From Podarcis erhardii (taxonomy: Eukaryota), in the NCBI GenBank assembly GCA_964252035.1, contig OZ176210.1: a DNA stretch of 64,000 nucleotides. One strand, written 5' to 3'. Shown here in pieces: positions 11,643-26,069 of this stretch. The position numbers and the translations under genes are program-made. Position 1 is the first letter of the stretch. Each line of letters starts with the position of its first letter. The notes under the pieces were generated by a model. That model saw nothing but the letters and a program-made list of their open reading frames with translations. It was not told the DNA's origin and searched no databases.

Positions 11643-12974
11643 AACCTGTAGTGTAGACATGATCCAACTGGGTAGGATATTGTGTTTAATTGCAAGGCAG
11701 CTCTCTTGTCTCTTGGTGACTCAATTAATTTAACCCAGTGAATATTAATCTATATCTGGTGTCAGTATCTCTGTTAGCGTATGTATGTGGTGTAAATTGA
11801 CCCACCTTTAATTAAAATGTGCTTCATATTTAAGAAAGAAGATCATTTAGGTAGCTCTCTGTCCTTCTGCTCTCAGGTTTCTACTGTCTGTTACACGCTT
11901 GATAGTGGCTTTCTTTGAAACAAGAAGCTCATATCTCATTTGGCTAAGTTATTCCATGATAATGGAACAATAGATGACAGCCATTTAATATTAATGTGTA
12001 ATTCTGATGCAGTGCTTTTCCATACTTCAGGATGAGACTCTGTTCTCTTCCTGAAATATGAACCTAACCAAGCTCATATATATTTTCTTCCACGTTACTT
12101 TTGCCACCTGCACTTTGAAAGTAGCTTTCAAGAGACTAGAGATGCAGATAGAGATACTGGATTCTGGCATTTGTGTGATTAAAAAGCTAGTAGAACTTTC
12201 AGGAAAATGTGGTCTTAGTTTCAAAGGGAAACTATAAAAGTTGACATTGTTCATAAAATGATATATTGTGAACTGCCTTGTGATCTTTTGATGAAGGGCA
12301 TTGTACAAATTTAATAAATAATAATGGAAGATAATATTTTATTAGCATAAAACAAATGAAGAACATTACAGAAAACAAAGATATTCAAAAATGTGTGATG
12401 TTATTAGACTTATGCTAAAACTCTTTCTAACTGACAGATTCTACTGTATCTATGACTCAACTTGTTTGAACAAAATTCTTATTGTTTTAGAGTGCTAACA
12501 CTGCCAGTCCTTTGTTCAGTTGGTTAATATATCATTTAGTTTAACTCTGCAACATTTAAACTTGTTCTGATCAGTACTGTACTAGATTTATTTGCTAAAT
12601 TCTAAATCTTTCTAAATTATACAATGCTTTTTAATGAGGCAGTGCATTAGAATCCAGGTTGGAAAGATCAAAATTGTAAACAAATAAAATATGAGGACTT
12701 CACCGTAAATGTTCTTCTAGGCATGAAAATAAAAGAATGGCTATGATTTGTTCTAAAAGGAAGTATAGTAATTTTAAAAAAGGCCAGTCACACAGAGGGA
12801 GCGGAATTCTGGTCTGTCTTCCCACACAGGAGATTTATGTTTAAAAAGAAAGCATCGTTTACTTAAATTCTTCACTATGAAGTCAAACCACTGGAAAATC
12901 ACAGTGCCCTCTGTGGCTGCAGAGTCTGGTAACTCATAACTGCTGCCTCCCACATGGTTTTCACTGTGTTCACA

Positions 12975-13265
12975 GTGACCTCTTTGGGGCACAAGCCTGG
13001 GCAGTGTGTTGGAGGTCGTGGACTGCCCAGATGACAAGTCCTCCCTCTTGGCCTTGCTGAAGTGGTCCAAAGGAAAGCACAGCAATACATTTGCCACCAG
13101 CTTTACTGCAGGAGTTGCCGGAAGGAGGCATACAAGGCGCCATCCATCTGTATTCTACTCCAGATTTGTGTAGGGTTTATTCCTTAGTCTTTTTTTTCTC
13201 CCAAAGGTGTCACACAAGGAATCAGTTACAGATTTTTCATTGGGGTTTACTCCCAAAGCCTTTCT
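12975..13265. mobile_element. RTE/BovB-like LINE fragment
   Basis: caagcctgggcagtgtgt...ctgcccagatgacaag...ccaaaggaaagcacagcaata is shared with 62726-62822. Family assignment from recall only. Confidence 0.5.
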
Positions 13266-15694
13266 CATGAATGCACAAGGCAGCAGAAGTTTAGGATCAG
13301 AGTTTTCCTTCCCCTACCTTCTCAGGTTGACGAGCCCCATCTTCCCCTACTATACATGCCCAAGGGATCAAGATGGACAGCTCAGTAGCCAAGTGATTTC
13401 CTCTACCTGTGATTTTAACAATGCAAGCCTATACATGTCTACTCAGCAGTAAGTCCCATTGTTCTCAATAGGTATAAATTTGTATACAGTTGTAGATCAA
13501 GGTGCTTTTAAAAAAACCTAGTAAATGTAACTCCGGGCTTTTCATCCTTATCTATCCTTCTGCAGCTTTAATCACAATGTAATAAGTAAGTGAAGAGCAG
13601 TCATTTCATTTTATATAACAACTGTAATGCTTTATCTTTATTAAAATACTTTATTAGAGGATCAATAATTTGAATGGGCATTAATGACTGCATTTGTACT
13701 TTAGAAGAGATAAAACTTCTGCTCAATTAAGCCCAGAGTAATCTAGAATCCGAATTGGTAAAGACTGTGGCATGTGTTGTGTGTGGGCGGTAGGCCTTAA
13801 AATGCTTTGCTTACTTCTTATCTTCATCTGAAATGTTTTAAACTGAGCTTAGGTTGTAATAGTCTACTGCTCCAACGTATCTGTCATAAATTCTCACTTC
13901 TGTGTAAGTTAAAAGAGTAGTTTTTTCAGAAGCAATGAAACTTCCATGTGCATCATGTGGGGTGCTACTGCCATGTGATTCTCCATGCCCTCATATCATG
14001 TTACTGGTGGCTTTTAGTACAGATGTGGAGACTCTCAGTGCTATGGTGGCATTCCACATATTGAGTACTTCAAAATGTTATCCAGAACTCACTAAGGGGG
14101 TTGACATTTTTGGTGGCATCTCCATAGTTGTCATAACGTATGCACTATGGCTTAGATATCTTTCAAAATTAATGAAGGTTACCTCTTACCATTTGTTTTG
14201 ACATCTATATGGAATCACAGTATTCAAAAGGAGCAAACTGCTAATTACCACATAGAGAAAAATAATAGGGGATGGTTATGCTTTTTGTACTTTGCATGTG
14301 AGCTTCCCAGACACATTAGAATAGCTTCTGTTGGAAGATGTGTTAGGCTATGGGTGCCTAGATCTGATACAGCAAGCCTGTTCTCACAAAACATCTGTGT
14401 TGGGTTTAGAACGGTATACTTCTAAGAAGATGAAGAGATTTATTAATAGCTGATGTAATAATAATAATAATAATAAATAATAATTTATTATTTATACTCC
14501 ACCCATCTGCTGGGTTCCTATAGTTCTAGCACTTTGTGTCCTTTTAATCTAAATAATTCTCTTCCTATAAAGTGTTACTGCTTGAACCCTTTCCTGGGAT
14601 AAACATAGATTCTCTTATAATAGTGTTCCATAATTTTTCATTCCAATGATCATTGAGTTTTTCCAAGATGTCATCTGCTGCTGCTGACACATGAGCCTAG
14701 GTTTAGGCTCTGGCTTGTTACAACTGCTCCCATGACATGGAGAATCATCCTTCATGTGTGTGCGGGTCAGTGGTTATGGGCCTAGTGGCAGGTCTGTGCG
14801 GAGGAGCAGGGCAGCTGGATACACTTGCCTTGGGCCTCAGACGGCTAAGCTGGTTGGGGAACACTGCCAGGGACTGGCTGCTTTTTTGTTTGAGTTTATA
14901 GCTTTATTCTAACTAGACTCCCATCCTGGGCCTCAGACAAGTCCTGCACAGGCCTGCCTAAGGTGGTAGTGAGGGTAGTGACCTTGGTCAGAAAATAGTA
15001 TTGTAGGCTAGGGACTAACGTTGCTCACCCAGTTTTACTCTAAAATTTATTTATTACAGTATGTATGGCTTTCCATTTCTAACAGCTACATGTCTTCTTG
15101 TAGATAAGTGACTTTATTTCTTTAAAGAAATAATGAACTGTCATTCAGACAAAACAAAATGCCCCAATATTATGTACAATTTCAGCCTTGGGCATCCTGA
15201 CCCTATTAGCTGCATTTTTTACTTTTATTGTTGACAATGTTGGCTATGTTTTTAAAAATACTAAGGTTTCTGACTGCAGCTTTTTCTTAATTGAGCATCC
15301 ATAACACTAACTATGAAAGTAAACTCCTCACAGAGGAGTGGCATTTTTAAAAATACAGTAAAAGAGTAATTCTTTGAGCTAGTAATCTTTTTTGGGATTT
15401 TCTTTTGCAAGCAGGGCTGTTGAAATCCATTTGTAAGTTTGGAATTGTAAACAGTAAGTTTTTGGATTTTTTTTTTTGTGGAAAGATGTTTAAGAATGCC
15501 ACTTAATATTTGTTACAAGATAAAAATTTGTGCAAAGTCAATGCCTTTTTATCCAGGATGAAATGTACTTTGAAAAGATGCATGTGTATCAGTCACCCTT
15601 GCAAGTTTTCTGTGCCTTGGACAGTGGCTGAACAGACAGCAGCATATTAGGTTCAGTGTCACTCATGGCTCCAGCACCAGCTCTATTCTTAGGA

Positions 15695-16129
15695 TCATAG
15701 AATCGTACCGTTGGAAGGTACCACGAGGGTCATCTAATCCAACTCCATGCAATGCAGGAATCTTTTGCAATGTGGAGCTTGAATCCATGACCCTGAGGTT
15801 AAGCATGCTACAGTGGTGCCCTGCAAGACGAATGCCTCGCAAGACGGAAAACCCGCTAGACGAAAGAGTTTTCCGTTTTGGAGGTGCTTCGCAAAACGAA
15901 TTTCCTATGGGCTTGCTTCGCAAGACGAAAATGTCTTGCGAGTTCCTGCGGGTCCCCCCCCCCTTTCTAAGCCGCTAAGCCGCTAAAAGCCGCTAATAGC
16001 GCTAAGCCGCTAAGCCGTCAATGGGCTTGCTTCGCAAGACGAAAAAAACGCTAGACGAAGAGAATCGCGGAACGGATTCTTTTCGTCTTGCGAGGCACCA
16101 CTGTACTAGGCTCTACCACCTGAGCTATC
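15695..16129 (-). mobile_element. tRNA-headed SINE with CR1-like tail, interrupted by a MITE
   Basis: Removing 15811-16103 rejoins, on -, gatagctcaggtggtagagc...ggattcaagctccac (A/B boxes) and a ttctatgat tail. Confidence 0.6.
15811..16103. mobile_element. MITE family D
   Basis: CAGTGGTGCCCTGCAAGACGAA / TTCGTCTTGCGAGGCACCACTG; TA TSD; internal AAGCCGCT repeats. Confidence 0.9.
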
Positions 16130-16785
16130 TCAGGAACGCCATTGGTAGGAACAACTTTGCCTGTTGAGCTTGCTAAGATATAGGAGGAATAACTGGAGGA
16201 GGAATAACTGGAACATCCTGGTCACTGTTGTTGGTCATGGTGTAGATCTCGTTTGGGACCTGCATAGAACAGGGTGTAAAATTCATCCTGTAGCTGTGGG
16301 GGAGATTGTGAAGAACAAAGGGAGAGACATGGAGAATGAGCAATAGACCTCAGCCGGCGCTCATCGTTCCTGAATCTAGATACTCAGTGGCTGTACGTGG
16401 GTGGGAGCAGAGGGAGTGGTGCCACCTGTATGTTTAGACAGCACTTATGCCTCAGGCTCCCCTCTCTCATGTGGGAAGGAGAGGAATGCAGTGACTGTGT
16501 GTGTGTGTGTGTGTATCTATATATCTCTATATCTATATCCACCCCTTTGGGGTTGTCCTGGAATCCAGAACTTGCATGCAGTTGTTCCTCTAAAGCAAAA
16601 TGCTGATGAGTATTTGGCCAGCAGTATTGATGGTTGGGGGCAGAATGCCTGGCTTTTGCCAACTGGAAGCTTAACTGCATGGGAATAAGTGCCTCTCCTC
16701 TACTTGAAAGACACTGCTTCCTGCTGTTGATAGTAGGGAGCAGCATTAGAGCAGTACATTTCAGACAAGATTTGATATTCATATA

Positions 16786-17027
16786 CAGTGGTACCTCGGG
16801 TTACATATGCTTCAGGTTACATACGCTTCAGGTTACAGACTCCGCTAACCCAGAAATATCATCTCGGGTTAAGAATTTTGCTTCAGGATGAGAACAGAAA
16901 TCGTGTAGTGGCGGTGCAACGGCAGCAGGAGGCCCCATTAGCTAAAGTGGTGCTTCAGGTTAAGAACAGTTTCAGGTTAAGAACAGACCTCCAGAATGAA
17001 TTAAGTTCTTAACCCGAGGTACCACTG
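16786..17027. mobile_element. MITE family A
   Basis: Same TIRs and body as 1677-1888; TA TSD. Confidence 0.9.
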
Positions 17028-17557
17028 TATGGCAAAAGGGGTAGGTAGGAGACAAGGGAGAGGATACTGAAGTTATAGTTCTGCTTAGCCTGGTTGTGGA
17101 GTGGGGTGTTGGCTGTTTGTGTCGAGAGAGTCCTGAGGCAGGAGTACTTCTCAGGGTTCTAGGTAGAGAAGTGTTTATAATGTCCCAGAATAGTCTGAGG
17201 ACAGTTTTGTGCAAAGTTCTCCTTTGCAGCTCTAAATAGTGTAACACAGGGACAGAGAGTTGTACTCCGTGTCATATGTCTTATTTGAATTATGGTCTTC
17301 CTGTTGGAGGTTTGGTGTGCTGTGATTTGGTGCTAACGTTATATCCCATGTTTGGTGGTCCTCAATATAGTGGGGATTTTTAATACCCCCCTCATTGGAA
17401 ATCAAATGGAGGGAAATTTCTTGCATCATATCTAGCTGTGCTGTCAGAAGTGGGATAGCTCTGATCTGGAGGGTTACAGGGTATGGTTTAAGTGTGTACA
17501 TCCCTTGCTTTATTTTATGATGCAAGTTTGTGATCTCACAGTTTTAGTTACCATATA

Positions 17558-17809
17558 CAGTAGTACCTTGGTTTACAAACTTAATCTTTTCCGGAAGTCT
17601 GTTCTTAAACCAAAGCGTTCTTAAACCAAGGTTTGCTTTCCCATAGCAGCAGGGGACTCAGTTTACAAATGGAACACACCCAACAGCAAGCAGAACATGT
17701 TCTGCTTCCAAGGCAAAGTTCACAAACCAAAACACCTACTTCCAGGTTTGCAGCATTCTTAATCTAAGTTGTTCATAAACTAAGCTGTTCTTCAACCAAG
17801 GTACCACTG
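17558..17809. mobile_element. MITE family B (related TIR, different body)
   Basis: CAGTAGTACCTTGGTT / AACCAAGGTACCACTG; TA TSD. Confidence 0.85.
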
Positions 17810-19975
17810 TATGTCTACTTTTTGCTACTAGTGAAAAATAATTGATATTTACAAATAGTAATATAATAGAGTATTTGAGAGCATAGTATAGTCTACATTC
17901 TGTCTACCTAGGCAAGGTGGTCAAATCAAGTGGCAAATATGTTAACAGTGGGTAATAAGTAGGGTTGGAACGTATAAAATCCAGGTTAAAATATTTATTC
18001 AGGTATTAAACTTACAGTGTGGCCTCAGACATGTCTGTGTTCCTCTGCCTTGATTTTTGTGAGGGTAGAAAGCCACTCTTAAGTTCCATGGAGGGATGGA
18101 TGATGGATGGGATAAAAAGTAATGAATAATGTCTCAGGAGTGTTGCTGCCGTGTGGGTCAGACAGATGTCATATTAAACAAAATGTGTGCTGGTCTGACA
18201 AATTTGCTTTGCATATTTTAGAGAAGTTCTTTATGCCTTGTCTTTCGTTTTAAAACTTGGTACTGCAGCATATAATAGCCTAAGGCCATAACTTGCTGGT
18301 GTAACAATTTTCTTTATTCAGTGGGTACAACTGTGGAGGGTTTGTGTACACAGCACACTTTTGCCTAATTCCCACTCCCTTGTCCCAATTTCCCTCTACC
18401 TTTACACCACATTGCAAGCTGTTTATAAACTCTACTTAACTTCACAAGTAGTATGTCATAAGATGCTGGGTACTTCTGCTTCGGGGAGGAGCCAAAAGAC
18501 AAAAGCCCTGCTGTGTGAGCAGAGCTAGCCAGGCAGTTCTGTCAGTCAAAGCCTTAGTTTTATTGAGATTTCTTTGAAGAATATAAAAGAAATATTGTGC
18601 AAATAATAAATGCAAGTATCTTCTTGCATCTTTTATCTTGGAATATATATTCTATCCCATCAGATGCTTATCTTGGCATCATTTAGCTTAATGACTGTCC
18701 AGAAAAGATTTCCACCATAAGCATTTATGAAAGTTCTTTAAGTTTTGTATATTGATTACATATTGTAAAAACATTAAAAAGCAACCAGGGGCATGGACAT
18801 TGTTTTCCCCTTATACCTACACTTTCCACTTTACTTTTAAATAAGTAACATCAAGGCATAGCATTACAGAGTTTTTATACTTCAATTGGTAGATAAAACA
18901 GCATGAGAAGTTGTATTCCAGTTTTGTCTTGATATGAACTATGCATTTCTTAGTATGGGCAGTTAAATGCTCTGATCAGCTGTTTCCTGTTCAGGGTTTT
19001 AGAATATGGTTTGCGCTATTCATTGTTGTTTGAGTCACTTGATTAAAAGATAAGAACAAGGATATGGAGGAACAAAGATAAAGAGCTCTTGTCCTTTGAC
19101 CAAGCAGGATTTTGGGCATACTTTGCATTCAAGGACCTAACACTTCAGGTTTTGGTACCATGAGATGGGGGTAAGCGGTACAGTATATACTTGCTTACAT
19201 AGTGTTGGAGAATATCTGCTGTAGTACATCTCCTGACTGAGACGCCTGGATGCAGAGTCTACTGAGCTGGGTAGACCTGGCCTCTGAAAAACGGGGGCTG
19301 CATACATACCATACATTTAAAGCCGCCTGCCCCTCCAAAAGAAATCCTGGTAGCTGTAATATACCACTAACAGTTCACAGAACTACAGTCCTGGGATTCT
19401 TGGGAAGGTGGGAAATGTGCTTTCAATGTGCTTTCAATTTTCTTCCTGATTATAATCTAAAAGTATGATCCACCTCTTCATGAGCACAGCTGCAGGCGCA
19501 CAAATAGGTCAGCATGGGACTCAGTGGAGCCCCGTTCCCTGCTTCTTCCCCTCCCCCACATTGCAATCTGCCAAGCCATTACTGGGAATGGGAGGCTTCT
19601 GTGCGCCTCCCACAGCTTGCCTGGTACAAATTACTCATGTTTAGTGTACTTCATGTGGCAAATCTGTCCGCACCCACAAGGTGATGGGAGTGCGAACAGC
19701 GCACTGTGTTAAGATTTGTGGCAGTCCCTCTGTGCATGGGCAGCTGTACCTTCTTGGGAGTAGATCGTGCTATGTGTTTTTATATTTTACTACTTGTTTA
19801 ACAGTGAGGTATTTCAACGTCTTAAATATTTACAGATAATATTATATAGGATATTATATACAATGCTTCTACATAAAATTAGTTTGCAGAGGTTTCTAAA
19901 GCAGGATGGATTATTATTATTATTATTATTATTATTAGTATTACAGAAAGAACAAAATCTTAGTGCAATGTAGAA

Positions 19976-20233
19976 ATGGTATAAAAAGTACAGGGACCCC
20001 TTTAGGTCCAGTCGCAAACGACTCTGGGGTTGCGACGCTCATTTCTCTTTACTGGCCAAGGGAGCTGGCGTACAGCTTCATGGTCATGTGGCCAGCATAA
20101 CTAAGCCGCTTCTGGAGAACCAGAGCAGTGCATGGAAATGCCGTTTACCTTCCCGCCAGAGCGGTACCTATTTATCTACTTGCACTGGTGTGCTTTTGAA
20201 CTGCTAGGTTGGTAGGAGCAGGGACCGAGCAAC
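19976..20233 (-). mobile_element. Sauria-type SINE, second subfamily, lacking the tRNA head
   Basis: Shares the gtacctatttatctacttgcac...ctgctaggttgg core with the other copies. Confidence 0.8.
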
Positions 20234-21025
20234 CCATGCCCCTAATGGTATGTCTTTTGCTAAATGACAAAAAAAAATCTTAAAGATAGAATTGTAAGTA
20301 ATATACGGGCATAACAGTCCAAAGGAAGCCAGTGTAATTTACACTGGGATAAATTATGCTGGTGTAACTTACTCCTATTTCAGAAACCATTTAGGAGTGA
20401 AGCTTCTGCTGGCTGAGCCAGCCCAAGCCTGACAGAGGGGAACAAAGCCTTTAAAGTAGAATATGACTTACTCTACCCTTTTTGCCATTGTAACTTCCAC
20501 TGGGTTGCTAGGTCACATGTGTTTGGAAGTGTTTGGAATAGGAGTAAGTCTCCCCTTGTGCCACCAGACCCCTTTTAGGGGGCTTATGCCAGCGTATTTT
20601 TTGACTTGGACAGGATGAGGGACTTCAGGCGCTGTAACCCAGACTGAGCCCAGCCAGAGATTTCCTTGTTTCAGACTCCTCTCATTTTGTCAGACCATGA
20701 TTTTGATTGCCTCCCTAACATTGTGTACTTCCTACATGCTTGACATAAAATTGGAGATCAAATATTTTAGGTTGCAATCCTAACCACACTTATCTAGCCT
20801 CATTGAATTTAGTCTGGCTTACTTTTAAGTTGGATTGCCCTGTTAACCCTTTTTTAGTTTTATAACTTTTTGCAAAAGAGAAAGAGTAGGATTAAGTGAT
20901 ACTGGTGCTCTTCACCGAGGTATCAGAATACAAAACTTGAAAATGTTAGTCATTATATCTGGTTGCATTTTGATAGCAGGAAAATGTGTTTATTCTTTGA
21001 CGTATTATTATTTCTCTTTACTTAG

Positions 21026-21199
21026 CTCCTAGAGAAACACAAGAATACAGAAAGCATGGTAGAGCTGCTTGAACTATATCAAATGGAAGATGAAGCATAT
21101 AGCATTCTTGCTGAAGCAACTACAGAACTTTATCAGTACTTACTGCAGCCATTCCGAGATATGAGGGAGCTTGCAATGCTCAGAAGACAGCAGATAAAG
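21026..21199 (+). CDS. JMY: JMY coding exon 2
   Basis: cttag|CTC acceptor; LLEKHKNTESMVELLELYQMEDEAYSILAEATTELYQYLLQPFRDMRELAMLRRQQIK; AAG|gtacac donor; 174 nt. Confidence 0.96.
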
Positions 21200-21801
21200 G
21201 TACACATTAACATAAATCTTATAATTTAAATTTATTTATTTTGAAAAATAACAAAGATAAAATGAATATAAATCTTAAAAGGTGTTACATGTGTTTATGC
21301 ATAATCTGTTTTTGTCTTTTAGAAATTTTGGTCATTTTCAAATCACCTTGTGATGGTTCTGTTTGAAATTCTTGAAAGTTTGAGTTCTGTATTTACTTGT
21401 ATGTTCTGCCTGTCTTATCTATCTGATCTATAATTAGGGCATGGATTTGGAGAGTTTGGAATTTTTATTTGGAATTCCATATTTTTATTGCTTTTATTGA
21501 TTGATCTAAATTCTGTGCTGCTTTCCTGTTAAAATATCCAGAGTGACTTAGAATAAAAATGGGCTCAGTTAAAACAATAAAAACAGTACAGGTAGCAGCA
21601 GCCATATGCAGCAGAATAGAGATCTAGTAAAAGTCAGGTGAACATCTGAAAATGGCAGAACCACAGGCCAGTGACTAGAAGTCTTGAAGAATAAAAAGCC
21701 ACTGACCTGCTGTGTAAAAAAATAGTTGTGTTTGGGTGCCAAATCAGAATGGGTCCAGATAGTTAATGGTGCTTATAAAAGCTAAAATTGATCCTCTACC
21801 A

Positions 21802-22010
21802 CAGAGCTTTCCAAACTTTTCATGTTATGTTGGTGACACACTTTTTAGACATGCATCATTTCATGACACATTAATTCAGTTTTACTAGCAAATCAGAGGT
21901 TAAACTAACCCCTTTCCAGTCCCCGGAGTAGTGCGGGAAGCGTTCGCGTGACACACCTACACACTGCAGCCGACACACTAATGTGTTGCAACACAGTTTG
22001 GAAAGCTCTG
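21802..22010. mobile_element. hAT-type MITE
   Basis: 16-bp TIR CAGAGCTTTCCAAACT / AGTTTGGAAAGCTCTG; perfect 8-bp TSD CTCTACCA. Confidence 0.9.
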
Positions 22011-22854
22011 CTCTACCACCTGTGGAATCCCCAAATATCCCCCAAAGGGAAAACTTGTGACTGGCTGATAGTTGTTGATATTTATAGTTGTTACAATAGT
22101 CTGCATCGAAGGAGGGCTTCTGATGTTGTTAGAGTTGATCTAATGACTGCCTCCCTCAAGGTGGCAGGGACCACTCTTCTTATAATGAAGCATTAACCAT
22201 CTGAGGTGTTACTGAAGTGCTTTGTCCTAATGTCATTCTGAGCGCCTTGACACAAGACGCTTCATGCTGTAGGTGACTGTTTAGAGCAAAGACTTATGCA
22301 AGGCAGGGCAAGGGGCTGAGCAGTGAAGTATCTCTCCCCCCCCCCCACCTTTCTCTTTTGAGTTAGGTTTACCCTCATTGCCTCAGATATGAGAACTCTT
22401 GATATATGCAAATGTTTCACTCTGCACCTGACCGCTTTTGCATACAGCCACTACAGGCAAACGCCTCTAAGGACATAAGAACAGGATCAGGCCATTGGCC
22501 CATCTCATACAACATCCTGTTTTCACAGTGGTCAACTAGATGCCTATGGAAAGCCCACAAGCAGGATCTGAGTGTCGATTCCACTTCAGCAGAGCCTGTT
22601 CTTTGTTCTTCAATATGCTTGCCTATTTTATCTTTCAAAAAGTTTCCAAGGGACATATGGAACACACCTCTAGCTCTACCTTTCAACTATGGGTTTTGAG
22701 TCTTTAGCACAGGGATAGCCAATACAGTGCTATCCAAATGTTGGACTACAACTCCCATCATTCCTAATTGCTGGTCACGCTGACTGTGGCTAATGGGGGT
22801 AATAGTCAAACAACATCTGGAGGGTACTGTGCTTTAGTAGCTAATCACCTACAT

Positions 22855-23366
22855 CAGAGGTTTTCAACCTTTTTGAGTCTACAGCTCCCTTGACCAACTA
22901 CATTCTTTCTGCGGCACCCCTGTGGGACTCAGGAACCCACTTATTTCACCCCTTGCTTGCAGAGCTGGCAGCCTCTCACTCTTTTTTGAACACCCTCCCA
23001 TTTGGAGTGTTCCCTCAGCCTCCTCTCCTCTCCCCTTTCCTTGGGTGTCCTCTGAGCCGCTGCAGCTGCCACCCTGGTCTTTGAGCCTCCCCCCCCCCGC
23101 CCCAAAGAGAGGTTCCTCCTCACATTGCCCCACAGGGGCCTGGGAAGCACCCCCTGGCCAGCCCCAGAGGCAACATTTGCCTAGGGAGCTTGTAGCCAGG
23201 GCTGCTGCAATAAACAGCCGTGCAAGCCTTTGGGAGGCAGAGAGGCAGGAGGGCATTAGAAGAGGGAGAGGAGGAAAGAGGGTCAGAGGCTGGTGCTGCC
23301 CATGGCACCCCTGACTATCATTCAGGGCACCCCAGGTTGCCATGGCACACTGGTTTAAAACCACTG
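22855..23366. mobile_element. hAT-type non-autonomous element
   Basis: CAGAGGTTTTCAACC / GGTTTAAAACCACTG imperfect TIR; 8-bp TSD ACCTACAT/GCCTACAT (7/8). Confidence 0.75.
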
Positions 23367-24547
23367 GCCTACATGTTTCAAAATATTTTCCTACAGTTGC
23401 CTCTTTCTTTGAACAAAGGCTGGAATCATGTAGGAGACACCAGAGTCCATTTTAGAAGTTGGATTTAAATTTTAATAGTCATGCAAGCACATTTCATATA
23501 GAAAATCCTGAAGCAATACTAAGATCCTTTAAAAGACAGTTCCGTGGATGTACTTTGTGAACCAGCCAATCAGATTTTCCGTAGTGCGAATTCATCTACC
23601 AGTGTAATAAAATCTTTGTTAAAGCAAAGATAAGTTCATGTTTCATTTTGCTCTTGTCCTTTGTACAAGGAATAGTTAAAAATTTAGGCACTCTAAGATT
23701 TTTATAGTGTTCTAAGGATAGGGAACACAGGGTATAATTGTGTTTAATGAGTAAGATTGCTTTCCTAATACGCCTTTTTATAAATCTCTTCAAACCAAAT
23801 CAGTTAGATCATTTAAGGGGTAGAGATTGGGAGATATGCCAAAATATGCTTTTAATATATGAATGGCATGTTATCCATAGTAACATACTAATCATTTTCA
23901 TTTGTGAGGGAAAACAGCCCAAGTTAAGCATGCTCTCCCCACAGAAAAGTGATATATTACAATTGCAGACCCCTGCAAAAGCTTTTCATTAGAAGTAGGG
24001 TGAGAGTTTTGTGCAACTGCTCATGTGATACTTGATTTGCAGAGTGCCTCTCAGTACAAATTATGTCTTGGAAATTTCTCCTTCCAGACAGTAGCATTCT
24101 GTGGGAGCTTTGATTGCTTGTGAATTCTCAGCAAGAAGCTGTATTCACCTTTCCAAACCTTTATCTCAAGGATGGCTCTCATCCTATTACCTGAGTCCTT
24201 CCATTGGTAGACAACAGATGTCCAAGTAAATGAGTGTTCTGTGACTGAGCTTGTCACTTCAAAAAGTCCCTTTCTCATACTTGGATCCAATGCAAATTTA
24301 TGAAGATTTACCCATGCTGTAATGCTTACTCAGATTAGTAGCTAAGAGCAAATAATTTAGGAAACATTTGCTCATGAGATTTATGAGTTATTTCTTAGCA
24401 GTTCCGGAAAGCACATGATCATTCATCTGTCCTTCCCAGTTAAATTATTTCATCTATATTATAATTGTTAAACAGTTTAACTTTTTGAAGTTTTCTATCT
24501 AGCCTTTAAGCTTTGATGGTGGATATAATGGACTGATCTATTTTCAG

Positions 24548-24698
24548 ATATCCATAGAGAATGATTACCTGGGACCTAGAAGAATTGAGAGTCTACAGAA
24601 AGAAGATGCAGACTGGCAGCGGAAGGCCCACATGGCTGTGCTTTCTATTCAAGACCTCACTGTTAAATATTTTGAAATAACAGCAAAAGCACAGAAAG
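24548..24698 (+). CDS. JMY: JMY coding exon 3
   Basis: ttttcag|ATA acceptor; ISIENDYLGPRRIESLQKEDADWQRKAHMAVLSIQDLTVKYFEITAKAQK; AAG|gtattg donor; 151 nt. Confidence 0.96.
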
Positions 24699-25733
24699 GT
24701 ATTGGAGTTTTACTACTTCATGTTTTGCAATAAAGGCCTTTTAAGAACTAGAAAGTCTTATTTACATGATCCAAGGTCTTATAGCTGCACCTTCTTCCTT
24801 TGTCTCAAATCACTGTCATTGCTTTTTTATGAATTGCTAGTAGAGATGGACAAATAAGACTTCATCTGGTTTGTGCCACTTTTCACATGTATTCATCTGT
24901 AGATTAAATCTGCTCTTCCATGTGGATTATAAAAATCAGTACAGGTTTAGCACATTCTTTTCATTAAGTACTTACAATATGAAGTCTAACATTACATCAT
25001 CATCATCATCATCATCATTATTATTATTATTATTATTATCCCACATACTAGCTGAGTGGGATGGCCAGAAAAAATGCATTAAAATGGGTCCAGTGTTGCC
25101 CATGCTAGCAATGGAACATGATTTTGTTTAAGGAAAGAAGGCAAGAGAGTGAGAGAGATGGTATTGTACCCAGGGAGGCAGCCATATCTTTTCCTTGCAT
25201 TGTAACGGAGAATATCCCAGAACATTGTATGGAAAAAGATGGCGGGCTGCCTCCATGGAGACAGTCATGCTGCTTTTGTACAAAGTCCATTGTACAATAA
25301 GGACAATGTGGATTGATGCAATGGTTCTTGGCTCTTGAAGCTTAATCTTTTTGGAAAAGTGAGAATCTTACAGTGTTTCCTTCCTTCCTCAAAGTCTTCA
25401 AAAACATTTACATGATGGTTCATAGCAGTAGGGAAAGGGGCTGTCATAGGCTTTAATTGAGTCATTTCCTTCCTCCTCACCTCTTCTTTCTCCCCCTCCC
25501 TCCTAGGATAGGATTTCTATGCCTTATAGTGCCTTATAGCCACTTCTCAGATTGGAAGGCCCTGATATTCACTTGTGCACCCTTCTGTCCTATTCCTTAT
25601 TGTGTTCATAGCCTCCCAATTACTCAACTCTTTCTCAGTCTTGAGGTATTGAGATTTCACACTAAATTTGGAGAAATCCCTTAGATTTTTAAAAAAACAT
25701 GCTTGGTTTGTGATTCGATTTGTAAACTAAGTA

Positions 25734-26069
25734 CAGTGGTGCCCCGCAAGACGAATGCCTCGCAAGACAGAAAACTCGCTAGACGAAAGAGTTTTCCATT
25801 TTGGAGGTGCTTTGCAAAACGAATTTCCTATGGGCTTGCTTCGCAAGATGAAAATGTCTTGGGAGTTCCTGCGGGTTTTTTCCCCTCCCCCCCCTTTTTC
25901 TAAGCTGCTTATCCGCTAAGCCGATAAGCCACTAAAAGGTGCTAAAAGCTGCTAAACCGCTAATAGCGCTAATCCGCTAAGCCGTCAATGGGCTTGCTTC
26001 ACAAGACGAAAAAACCGCTAGACGAAGAGACTCGCGGAACGGATTCTTTTCGTCTTGCGAGCACCACTG
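25734..26069. mobile_element. MITE family D
   Basis: Same TIRs and body as 15811; TA TSD; longer internal array. Confidence 0.9.

Noticed and set aside
24088-24230. Possible poison exon in JMY intron 2 (acceptor tttctccttccag at 24087)
   Set aside because: No convincing paired donor; one good acceptor is common by chance.
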